Origin: a virus | Taxonomy: Duplodnaviria; Heunggongvirae; Uroviricota; Caudoviricetes | IMG/VR virus record: IMGVR_UViG_3300035208_002853 | Coordinates: 88,033 to 145,414 of that record | Direction: 5' to 3' (one strand) | DNA: 57,382 nt | In this document: in pieces, positions 9,556-17,609 of the stretch | How the letters are laid out: each line of letters starts with the position of its first letter | Numbering within the stretch: position 1 is the stretch's first letter | Notes under the pieces: generated by a model | The model's database searches: none | The model's input: only the letters and a program-made list of their open reading frames with translations | Told to the model about the DNA's origin: nothing | Translations under genes and position numbers: made by a program

Positions 9556-9750
9556 CTAAACTAAATATACTGGTTTTAATGTTATCACCTTTACATTATG
9601 GTTTATTTCTTTTTGTGGCACAAATATAGAGAAGATTCTTTTTATTTGCGTCGGTTTTTCATATACATTAAAATTCCCGTGTTTCTCTTCAACTGCTCTT
9701 TTAGCCGCGGCGACGCGACGGTTATATTTTCGTTGTTGGCCATGAGACAT
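9556..9750 (-). CDS. Basic hypothetical protein
   Basis: AGGATTGATTTAAAATG start context. Confidence 0.6.
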   Translation of the reverse strand: MSHGQQRKYNRRVAAAKRAVEEKHGNFNVYEKPTQIKRIFSIFVPQKEINHNVKVITLKPVYLV

Positions 9751-9751
9751 T

Positions 9752-9838
9752 TTAAATCAATCCTAATTTTACAAATTGAAAATATAAAATAATCACAAAA
9801 ATCATAACGATTACAGATTTAATAGTATTTTCGGACAT
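9752..9838 (-). CDS. 28-aa membrane micropeptide MSENTIKSVIVMIFVIILYFQFVKLGLI
   Basis: Manual translation; GGAGG SD; TAA-ATG coupling; one hydrophobic span. Confidence 0.6.
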   Translation of the reverse strand: MSENTIKSVIVMIFVIILYFQFVKLGLI

Positions 9839-9967
9839 TTATTCAATTCCTCCAAAAGTATATATTAAACAAATTGTAGGATATACAATTAATAGAGCTA
9901 TTCCGGCTATGCAATATACGAATTCAAGCATTGAAATGCTTTTATAGTATTTGATTAAATTTTGCAT
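9839..9967 (-). CDS. 42-aa membrane micropeptide MQNLIKYYKSISMLEFVYCIAGIALLIVYPTICLIYTFGGIE
   Basis: Manual translation; AAGGAGTGA SD. Confidence 0.65.
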   Translation of the reverse strand: MQNLIKYYKSISMLEFVYCIAGIALLIVYPTICLIYTFGGIE

Positions 9968-10045
9968 TTTTAAATCACTCCTTTAAATAAGAGACAAAAG
10001 AATTAATAAATTACAAATCTCCTATCTTCCATATTATCACTCCTT

Positions 10046-10144
10046 TTAATAATAAATGTCTCCTAATGCCAAATACACGAAATATGTAACAAGATATATA
10101 AAAATTGCTGTGATCTTTAACAAAACAATTATATCATCTTCCAT
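10046..10144 (-). CDS. 32-aa membrane micropeptide MEDDIIVLLKITAIFIYLVTYFVYLALGDIYY (paralogue of 10573-10689)
   Basis: Manual translation; AAGGAGGT SD in the junction repeat. Confidence 0.7.
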   Translation of the reverse strand: MEDDIIVLLKITAIFIYLVTYFVYLALGDIYY

Positions 10145-10161
10145 ATTAAGACCTCCTTCTA

Positions 10162-10305
10162 TCAAGAAAGCATAACATAAACCAGTACATCAAGCAATCC
10201 AATCGCCAATGTAATGTAGTCGATTTCGTTTTCGTTTTTAGTTGCTTCAGCCAACAAAATTATCCCCATCGCTAGGGTTGCCGCATTTAACAAAACTTCT
10301 TCCAT
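10162..10305 (-). CDS. 47-aa two-helix membrane micropeptide, copy 2 (MEEVLLNAATLAMGIILLAEATKNENEIDYITLAIGLLDVLVYVMLS)
   Basis: Manual translation; near-identical to 10421-10564. Confidence 0.75.
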   Translation of the reverse strand: MEEVLLNAATLAMGIILLAEATKNENEIDYITLAIGLLDVLVYVMLS

Positions 10306-10322
10306 ATTAAGACCTCCTTCTA

Positions 10323-10403
10323 TCAAGAAACCATTAAATATATTATATAAAGTTCCACTCCAATCACCGCAGACAAAATCAAATTTTTTATTAGATTATC
10401 CAT
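10323..10403 (-). CDS. 26-aa membrane micropeptide MDNLIKNLILSAVIGVELYIIYLMVS
   Basis: Manual translation; flanked by junction repeats. Confidence 0.7.
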   Translation of the reverse strand: MDNLIKNLILSAVIGVELYIIYLMVS

Positions 10404-10420
10404 ATTAAGACCTCCTTCTA

Positions 10421-10564
10421 TCAAGAAAGCATAACATAAACCAGTACATCAAGCAATCCAATCGCCAATATAATGTAGTCGATTTCGTTTTCGTTTTTAG
10501 TTGCTTCAGCCAACGAAATTATCCCCATCGCTAGGGTTGCCGCATTTAACAAAACTTCGAACAT
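10421..10564 (-). CDS. 47-aa two-helix membrane micropeptide, copy 1 (MFEVLLNAATLAMGIISLAEATKNENEIDYIILAIGLLDVLVYVMLS)
   Basis: Manual translation; AGGAGGT SD. Confidence 0.75.
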   Translation of the reverse strand: MFEVLLNAATLAMGIISLAEATKNENEIDYIILAIGLLDVLVYVMLS

Positions 10565-10572
10565 TATACCTC

Positions 10573-10689
10573 CTAATAATAAATGTCTCCTAATGCATAG
10601 TAGAGTAGGATAATAAAAATTGTAACATACGCTAAAATTCCGAGTATCTTTAACAAAACAATTATATCATCTATATCGAATTCGTCCAT
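10573..10689 (-). CDS. 38-aa membrane micropeptide MDEFDIDDIIVLLKILGILAYVTIFIILLYYALGDIYY
   Basis: Manual translation; AAGGAG SD; first gene of the early operon. Confidence 0.7.
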   Translation of the reverse strand: MDEFDIDDIIVLLKILGILAYVTIFIILLYYALGDIYY

Positions 10690-10844
10690 TTTGTATCGCT
10701 CCTTAATTTATTACTGCTATTATTGGGTTTTGTTTAAAGATATCATAATAATTTAGTACTTTTTATCTAAATCTCTTAATGGAATTCTTAACGATCTAAT
10801 TAAGGCCCGAGATTTAGAGAAAATAATTTTTGTTCTTGGTCGCA

Positions 10845-11158
10845 AGTCTATTCATAAGGGATAAGTAGTATTCCCGCACCTCGGATTAAAAAACTCCTCG
10901 GCTGTCAGTATAAAGAGCCGGAAATGTTAAGCCCTTTATCCTTAGCTCCCCACGGCGATTTAAAAAGGTTCGTGGCGGTTTGCTGTTTTTCGTTTCTCGC
11001 GACAATAGAGCAAAAACTTAACTCTTTACCGTCGCGTTTTTTAGTAATCCGAGGTTGGGTTTTCCCTTAATCTTTTTCTCTTATTTCAGTATAAGGGAAT
11101 TCGTGGCAACCTCGCCACAATTACCGGTTATTAGCCCTTCTCTGTAGGTTTGCTCTAT
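10845..11158 (-). ncRNA. Putative structured RNA or long 5' leader of the early operon
   Basis: GC-richer island with an 11-bp closing helix (10878-10888/11045-11055) and nested hairpins, downstream of a TATA box; family not recognised. Confidence 0.45.
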
Positions 11159-11178
11159 ACTCTACTATGCTTTAGTAG

Positions 11179-11193
11179 TATTTATACTTTTTT
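11179..11193 (-). promoter_or_regulatory. Archaeal BRE-TATA promoter (AAAAAAG-TATAAATA) facing the early operon
   Basis: Canonical motif about 25 nt upstream of the structured segment. Confidence 0.55.
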
Positions 11194-12929
11194 AGTTAAG
11201 ACTACACCTTATAAATACAAAATAAACTAATTTGCGAAATATAAATATCAGTAGAGCTATAAACAAAATAAGACTTATCCTTTTTGAGCTCTAAAAGTCA
11301 TATAACGCCGCGAAAGGTTTGATTTATCCTTTTTGAGATACAAAATCGATATGAGAAGACACGCCGCAAAACAAAACGTAGATCTAATGGATTATTGGTT
11401 TATCTCGCGCGAGCTCAGATATTACTTTGATCTTTTTAGTGAAAAATAGGTTTGAATATCGGATTCACAAGGCTCATTTCTGAGCCGAAGCGAGCCTAAA
11501 CAAAAAGAGAAGTTTATACGAACAAAATAGCATAATGCGCCGGAAATATATAAATTAAGCAACAAATAGAATTATGATTATTTAATTCGAATAGTATATT
11601 CCGAAGGAATGTATAAGATAAGGCTTTACTGATATTTATATAATATACGCAGTTTATGACCACGTAGAATCGATTTTAAGCCTACTTAAAAATATAGTGA
11701 TAAATTAGTAGCATTTAAAGGTAAAGTCTTAAATTTGGTCATTCTAGATAAGTATGGAAGATTATAGAAGGTTATCATATTGATTTTGTCTTTTGATCTA
11801 AATTGATCTTATTAAGGTTATAAGTTTAATATATAATTATCAGTAGGACTTTACATAAGTTTATATACTGCCTAGTAGGCAGATTAATAATAATGTATGA
11901 AACTAATTCGCTAGGTTTAAAATAAGACTTCGAGATAATAAAGAGATATGTGAGTGAGTCCAGGATTATTATAAATTAGATATGGCCATTGTGCGAAGGC
12001 TCTCTTGATACTGATTTTGTTTAGAATATGGGTTTGTATGTAAAACGTAGTACAAAACATTGATTTAGTAGCATAGTGTAAGACTTGAAGAGTAACCGAA
12101 AAGTTTATATACTTAATTCTTTTATAAGGATTCTTCTATATTAATATAAATATTGTAACGATATATATAAATACAGGTCGATAGAAGTGTTCCTTTATAA
12201 TAATATAATTATAAAACTTAAGGTATTAAAGAATGAAGGTTTATAATAATTATTAAGGATTTATATAAATATCAGTAAAAACCTTAAATATTGATGTTTT
12301 TATTGTAAGAAAAATCTACTGATAATTATATATAAATATTTGAGTGATTAGAATTGGTGGATTTAGATATAAATGGTTATATAGAAGTATAAAAATTAAT
12401 AAGGTCTATATGAAGATTACAATATAATAATATGTTTATAATTATGAGATTGGTAATGATTATGACTTTTACCGAAGGGTTTATATAGTAGAAAGCCGGC
12501 AGATGTTGCCTACCCATAAATAAAAATGGTTGAATAAAAATACCCGATTTTGGCGTATTTTTACAATTTGTTGGATAAATGAAGGTTAATAGGTAATTAA
12601 TGTATAAAATAAACGTTAGATTAAATAGTAGTTGTCCAAAACTCAAAATAATCGTGTTTTTTTAAGGCCTTTTTTCCCCTACTCTTATCTTTATATTCTC
12701 TATTATTATTCTACCTATATTTATATATATGTATTATTATACTATTACCCTATTTTTTACTTTAAGTATATATAAATAGTATAAGTAAAGTATATAATAA
12801 TTCTACTGATAACTAAAGTTATAATTATAAACTTTAAAGAATAGTGATACTCTAAACACTCTTTTTGTTTTTATGGCTAAAATCAGCGATGGAAGACATT
12901 TATAACGATTAAGTTTTTAATGAAGTATA

Positions 12930-13278
12930 CATCATCATAAGATGAATTTAATATAAATAACAGGAGCCTTCGAACTGTCTAAAATTTGCAGATTAAAAAA
13001 AAGACACAACAATAATAAAACTTTTAACGTGCCGCGACAGATCAAATGATGGAAAAATCTATCATGATTAATCATTATTAAAATTCTTTTTATTATTATA
13101 AACATAAATGAATAGTGATCAAAAAAAAAAGGAGTATTTGCGTATTTTTATAAATATAGCACTTTTTTAATCGCTCCGCAAAGTGTTAGGTAATTCTTTA
13201 ATAATTTTTACACTTTACACCATAGGTAAAAACATAAGGTTCTCCTGCTATTTATATTTAAATCATCTTATGATGATG
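12930..13278. repeat. Inverted repeat pair of about 37 bp (12930-12966 and 13242-13278), CATCATCATAAGATG...CAGGAG
   Basis: Reverse complement aligned by eye with few mismatches. Confidence 0.8.
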
Positions 13279-14420
13279 AACTTAATAAAATTCAACTGAA
13301 GTAAATACACGTCTACTGTATGTGTTTTTTCGTATTTTTGTTCATAAGATCATTTATATAAAAATACCTCATCACTATTCATTTGGGTTTATATTTATAC
13401 TTTTCGTGATGTAAGTCCGCTGATATCGACGCACTTTTTAAGACTGATTTCTGAGGAGATAATTTGATTAATATATTATTACATTTATTAATAATGTTTT
13501 ATACATAACTATTAATCATTATAAACATGGAGTTTTATGATCTTAAATCAATTAAACTTGCGTCGCGATGTACTAATATGTACATTGAGAATTTTTAATA
13601 ATTAATAATATAATTTAACTTTGAAATATTTATATATAAATCCTGGGATTGAACAGCTTAATAACGATTTATGATATTAAACGCTAATGTTTATAAAATA
13701 TATAAGATTTATATATGTGGTGATACATTTTATATATTAAAAATGTATTTATGAATGTGAAATGTATATAGACATTATAATATTGTAAATACTTTGCGTT
13801 TAAGTATATAAAGATATGATAGATAATAAGGATTGAAAAGTAATGAATTGATTGATAAGATAATATAGATGTATAAGTTTATAATATGGTTAATCATATT
13901 AAACCTAGTCAATTGGCTTGATATATCGATATGTAGCGAATAGCATACAGTAGAACCATAAGGCTTTTTGAAGTACTTTTCTATGCTGATAAGTAAGCAG
14001 ATCCGCGGAGCAAAAAGCATATTCTTATAGTGTAGGTATTTGCCGACTTAACATAATAACAAATCACTATGATTTATAAATGTATATATTTAATATTAAG
14101 GTATTTAATCCATATTATTGAAAAGAAATATTAAAATAGATATGGTTATAATACTTAATAATGTTTAATAGATTAATTATATTAATTAATTTAAAAGTAT
14201 ATGAAATATATAATAATTATTATATCTTATATAGAATAAATGTATTTAATAAGTCGAGTAATATAAAAGTAATTATATATTATTAATTTTATGGGAGGGG
14301 GTGGATAAAATTAAAATTCGCGCGGCTACTAACGGGCACAGCTATACAAAAATGACAATACCGTATCTTACCTACGCTTACCGTAATAACAATATTTACT
14401 TATATTTACTTATAACTACC

Positions 14421-14440
14421 AAAAACTTTATATAGTAATA
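14421..14440 (+). promoter_or_regulatory. BRE-TATA promoter (AAAAACTTTATATAGTAATA), leaderless transcript
   Basis: TATA 14427-14434, ATG at 14460. Confidence 0.7.
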
Positions 14441-14459
14441 GGTGTATTTCATATTTATT

Positions 14460-14603
14460 ATGTCGATAAATAAATTTAAGACAAGTGTTGCTCTATCTCG
14501 CGAAACACTGGAATGGGTTGAGGAACAAATCAAGTCGAAAAAGTTTAGTTCAGTGAGTCATGCGTTTGAGTATTTGGTTGAGCAGGAGAAAAACAGGAGT
14601 TAA
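14460..14603 (+). CDS. Ribbon-helix-helix DNA-binding protein, 47 aa (not in ORF track)
   Basis: KTSVALSRETLEWVEEQIKSKKFSSVSHAFEYLV fits the archaeal CopG/MetJ/Arc pattern. Confidence 0.8.
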   Translation: MSINKFKTSVALSRETLEWVEEQIKSKKFSSVSHAFEYLVEQEKNRS

Positions 14604-14608
14604 TTTTT

Positions 14609-15271
14609 ATGTTTGAAAAGAAAATTAAAATTAATAATGTTTTATATGACTTGAAGTATAATCCAAGTTCAAAATCTTGGATGTATCAAGAGTTAATATG
14701 TCAATGTGGTTGTGGAGGACATCTAATATATAACAAATGCCATAATCAAAATGGAATTCCTAAATATATTAAAAATCACTATTGCAAGGGTCCAATAGCA
14801 GAACAAAGGAAAGATGAATATAAACAATGGGAGAAGCAATTTGAGGGTGACTATTTGGAATATAAATATCAAATAGTAGAAGACTTTCAAAGGAGATCTT
14901 CGCGAGGAAGAGTTGGGGTCTATCATTCTTTAAAGACGAATACTTCATTATTTTATGCCTCTTCTTACGAAAAAAGAGCTATGGAAATTTTGGATACAGA
15001 TACAAACATCAAAACATATAGTAACTGTAAATTTTTTATAAATTACACAGATCCCGAAAAGAATAAAGTTCATAATTATTTTCCAGATATTTCTGCTGAA
15101 TATGAGACTGGCGAGAAAAAGATTATAGAAATAAAATCGGAATATCAAGTATTAGATCCAAAAAACCTCGCCAAGTTCGCAGCCGCCAGAGAATATTGCG
15201 GACAGAACAACCTTGAATTTGAAGTCTGGACTGAAAAAGATTTAGACCTTAAAAATAAGGGTTGTGGATGA
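14609..15271 (+). CDS. Free-standing TnsA-like PD-(D/E)xK endonuclease, putative homing endonuclease
   Basis: YFPDI...IIEIK...KFAAAREYC...FEVWTEKDL; N-terminal CQCGCG motif typical of viral homing endonucleases. Confidence 0.8.
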   Translation: MFEKKIKINNVLYDLKYNPSSKSWMYQELICQCGCGGHLIYNKCHNQNGIPKYIKNHYCKGPIAEQRKDEYKQWEKQFEGDYLEYKYQIVEDFQRRSSRGRVGVYHSLKTNTSLFYASSYEKRAMEILDTDTNIKTYSNCKFFINYTDPEKNKVHNYFPDISAEYETGEKKIIEIKSEYQVLDPKNLAKFAAAREYCGQNNLEFEVWTEKDLDLKNKGCG

Positions 15272-15364
15272 GCACTATTTTTTACTACAAAATTTAAACC
15301 CAATACGAGTAGATTAAATAGTAGCTTTGCGCTCACTCTATGGAGTTCGCGTAGCGCCATCTAA

Positions 15365-15667
15365 TATGGCGCATATACCTCTTCACAAGTTTATATTTTC
15401 TTCGTAAGTTATATTCCATTTATAAATTTTCATAAATTAACTATAACGGATGCCCACGATGAGAATCTAGTGAGGCCCAGTTATTCTCCTCCACCTAAAT
15501 GTTGCCACGAACTAAACCATTATTTAGCAATATTGTGGAACGGAGACATAACTACGTGCTGCGGAGACCTCGCCGGGGAGAATATTTGTGGGAACATTTT
15601 TAACAAAGGAATCGCGGGAGGAACGAGACGAGGCTCTCTTTGTGAGAAGTGTAATATTTATAGGTGA
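15365..15667 (+). pseudogene. Orphan SPASM/Twitch Fe-S domain, remnant of a second radical SAM gene
   Basis: C..L..YLAILWNGDITTCCGD...GNI...CEKC; no CxxxCxxC core; frame open back to a stop at 15362. Confidence 0.6.
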
Positions 15668-15720
15668 TAAAAATTTTTTATTTTTAAACTACAATACAGT
15701 TAGATTAAATAGTTGTTGAC

Positions 15721-15735
15721 GATAACTTTATATAC
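15721..15735 (+). promoter_or_regulatory. BRE-TATA (GATAACTTTATATAC) for the leaderless precursor operon
   Basis: TATA 15727-15734, about 24 nt before ATG 15758. Confidence 0.65.
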
Positions 15736-15757
15736 AATAAACACAATACATATTTCT

Positions 15758-16342
15758 ATGGCTTGCGGAGGGTATTCTGATCATTGTGATGTTTCCGGAT
15801 ATTATGTAGATTACCGCCCGCCGTTTTCGTATCAGAACACAACTTGTTATGTTTGGAGTAATACTAATGAGTGTGGGGAATCATATTTTGTTGACAATTC
15901 TGGATGTTATAAAAATATAAGTCATCACAACTATTCTAATTACGCAAATATACCTCATGACAATATAAATTTCAATAATGGTATATTTGGCAATGTTCCG
16001 TTTTCTAATTGGAGTAATTACACAAACTCTCCTCACGGAGATACCCCAAGTTGGAGTAATTATGTTTTTACTACAAACTGGTATAATCACTCCAACCACA
16101 GCAACAACTCGGGAAATTCTTACGTTCATATCAACTCAACGCCCCATACAGATTTGAGGCCTCATACAAACAATCCTCACGGAGACGATCCTTGGTATAA
16201 TTGGAGTAACTATCAAAATACTCCATTTAATAATGGTGTTTTCGGGAATACCCCATTTTATAATGACCCTTGGTATAATTGGAATAATTATGGGAACAGT
16301 CCATTTTCTGATTTTTGTAATCACACAGATACTTATATTTAG
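15758..16342 (+). CDS. Putative radical-SAM substrate: 194-aa protein of about 37 aromatic-X-Asn/Asp triplets (poly-triceptide precursor-like)
   Basis: Triplets such as WSN, WYN, FNN, FGN, YQN, HGD, HSN, HTD; directly upstream of an rSAM/SPASM gene; start at MACGG (ORF track 15713). Confidence 0.75.
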   Translation: MACGGYSDHCDVSGYYVDYRPPFSYQNTTCYVWSNTNECGESYFVDNSGCYKNISHHNYSNYANIPHDNINFNNGIFGNVPFSNWSNYTNSPHGDTPSWSNYVFTTNWYNHSNHSNNSGNSYVHINSTPHTDLRPHTNNPHGDDPWYNWSNYQNTPFNNGVFGNTPFYNDPWYNWNNYGNSPFSDFCNHTDTYI

Positions 16343-16357
16343 AGAGGATGTACATAT

Positions 16358-17599
16358 ATGTCTACAATTTTAATTTATCCAAAAACAACTTGCGAAGTTG
16401 GATGCGAATATTGTTTTTCTAAACCGAACGAAAAGCAAAATTATGATAAAGAAAAAATGATGGTAGTAATTAAAGAGGAAATCAGGAAAGATCGGATATC
16501 TAATAATGGCCACGATCCAACCGTTGTTTTGCACGGAGGAGAAATTTGTTTTCTTCCTTTAATTGATTTAGAATATTTTTTGAAAGAACTAGAAGATATC
16601 GGCATAATCTGTGGACTTCAAACATCATTAATGGGAATGACAAGGGATCACGTGAGACTTTTTAAAAAATATAAAGTGAGGATTGGAGTTTCGGTAGACG
16701 GCCCAAAAGAGTTGAATATTTTGAGGGGTCCAAGAAACGAAGGGCGGAATCGAGAATACCAAAACGAATTAATTGAAAACCTAAAAATACTAAAAGACGA
16801 AGGATTAAGATGGGGAACAATTTGTGTTCTTTCGAAAGCTAATGCGTCTAAAGAAAATCTTCCTGTTTTATTGAACTGGATAAGAGAAAATAAAATAGAA
16901 GCAAGATTTAATGCCATGTTTGTGCCTACTTTTGATTTACGTTTGTCAAAATGGATGTTATCTTGTGATGAATTAAAAAATGCTTGGATTGAAATATCTA
17001 GGGTCTCAATAGAAGAAAACCTTCCAAGTATTGATCCCACAAGAGATTATATTGAGTCTCTGCTTGGATACAGTACTGCATCTTGTTCTACGTCTTCTAA
17101 GTGTGACTACGCTACTACGGTATGTGTTACAGTTCTTGGAAACGGGGAAATTAGTAGATGTGATCGATGTTTACAAGATGGAGTTTATTTAAGATCTAAA
17201 GAAAAGAAAAGTACATCTAGAAGCGATATGTTAGAAAAAACCGAGTGTTCTGGGTGTAAATATTTTAATGTTTGTGGAGGAGGGTGTCCTTCTGAAGGTA
17301 TAGGTGGGGATTTTAGAAGAAAAACTTACTATTGTGAAGCTGTTTATGGAGTGTTTGAGTATTTAGAAAAACAGTTGCGGGGTATACTTCCAAATATAGT
17401 ACTCTCAATAGACGATCCAAATTATAAAAAAAATGAACCCTTTAATTGGTCAAGAAATATGCAACGTGGAACTCGTGGAAGTAGTCCACGCCCTCAAGAC
17501 TCCGACAAGCATCATCTTTGTGAACAGTCTGGGGAATGCCATGATAAAGGACACGCGAATTCTCCTCACGGGGACCATATGAATCATATTAATAGGTAG
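16358..17599 (+). CDS. Radical SAM/SPASM-domain peptide maturase with a His-X-Asn/Asp C-terminal tail
   Basis: CEVGCEYC (CxxxCxxC), LHGGE, SVDGP, SPASM C..C...CGGGC...C; ends HANSPHGDHMNHINR. Confidence 0.92.
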   Translation: MSTILIYPKTTCEVGCEYCFSKPNEKQNYDKEKMMVVIKEEIRKDRISNNGHDPTVVLHGGEICFLPLIDLEYFLKELEDIGIICGLQTSLMGMTRDHVRLFKKYKVRIGVSVDGPKELNILRGPRNEGRNREYQNELIENLKILKDEGLRWGTICVLSKANASKENLPVLLNWIRENKIEARFNAMFVPTFDLRLSKWMLSCDELKNAWIEISRVSIEENLPSIDPTRDYIESLLGYSTASCSTSSKCDYATTVCVTVLGNGEISRCDRCLQDGVYLRSKEKKSTSRSDMLEKTECSGCKYFNVCGGGCPSEGIGGDFRRKTYYCEAVYGVFEYLEKQLRGILPNIVLSIDDPNYKKNEPFNWSRNMQRGTRGSSPRPQDSDKHHLCEQSGECHDKGHANSPHGDHMNHINR

Positions 17600-17609
17600 G
17601 GAGAATAAT

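Larger units (their letters stand above)
10139..10430. repeat. Junction repeat (T)CCATATTAAGACCTCCTTCTATCAAGAAA x3, starting near 10140, 10301 and 10399
   Basis: On the minus strand it reads stop + SD + start (TTTCTTGATAGAAGGAGGTCTTAATATGG). Confidence 0.9.

Noticed and set aside
10139-10430. 30-bp repeats with intervening sequence as a mini-CRISPR array
   Set aside because: Intervening segments are 69-130 bp open reading frames, and the repeat is a stop-SD-start junction
11200-14400. ORF-track entries 12377-12646 and 13775-14020 as genes
   Set aside because: Low-complexity Ile/Tyr/Asn-rich translations of AT-rich DNA with TTG starts and no convincing SD
14609-15271. Tn7-like transposon
   Set aside because: Only a TnsA-like nuclease is present; no TnsB/TnsC or terminal repeats
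16358-17599. rSAM as an anaerobic sulfatase maturase or a cofactor/7-deazaguanine biosynthesis enzyme
   Set aside because: No sulfatase or que/dpd genes in the window; the adjacent motif-rich ORF and matching C-terminal tail favour peptide modification. Not excluded without phylogeny
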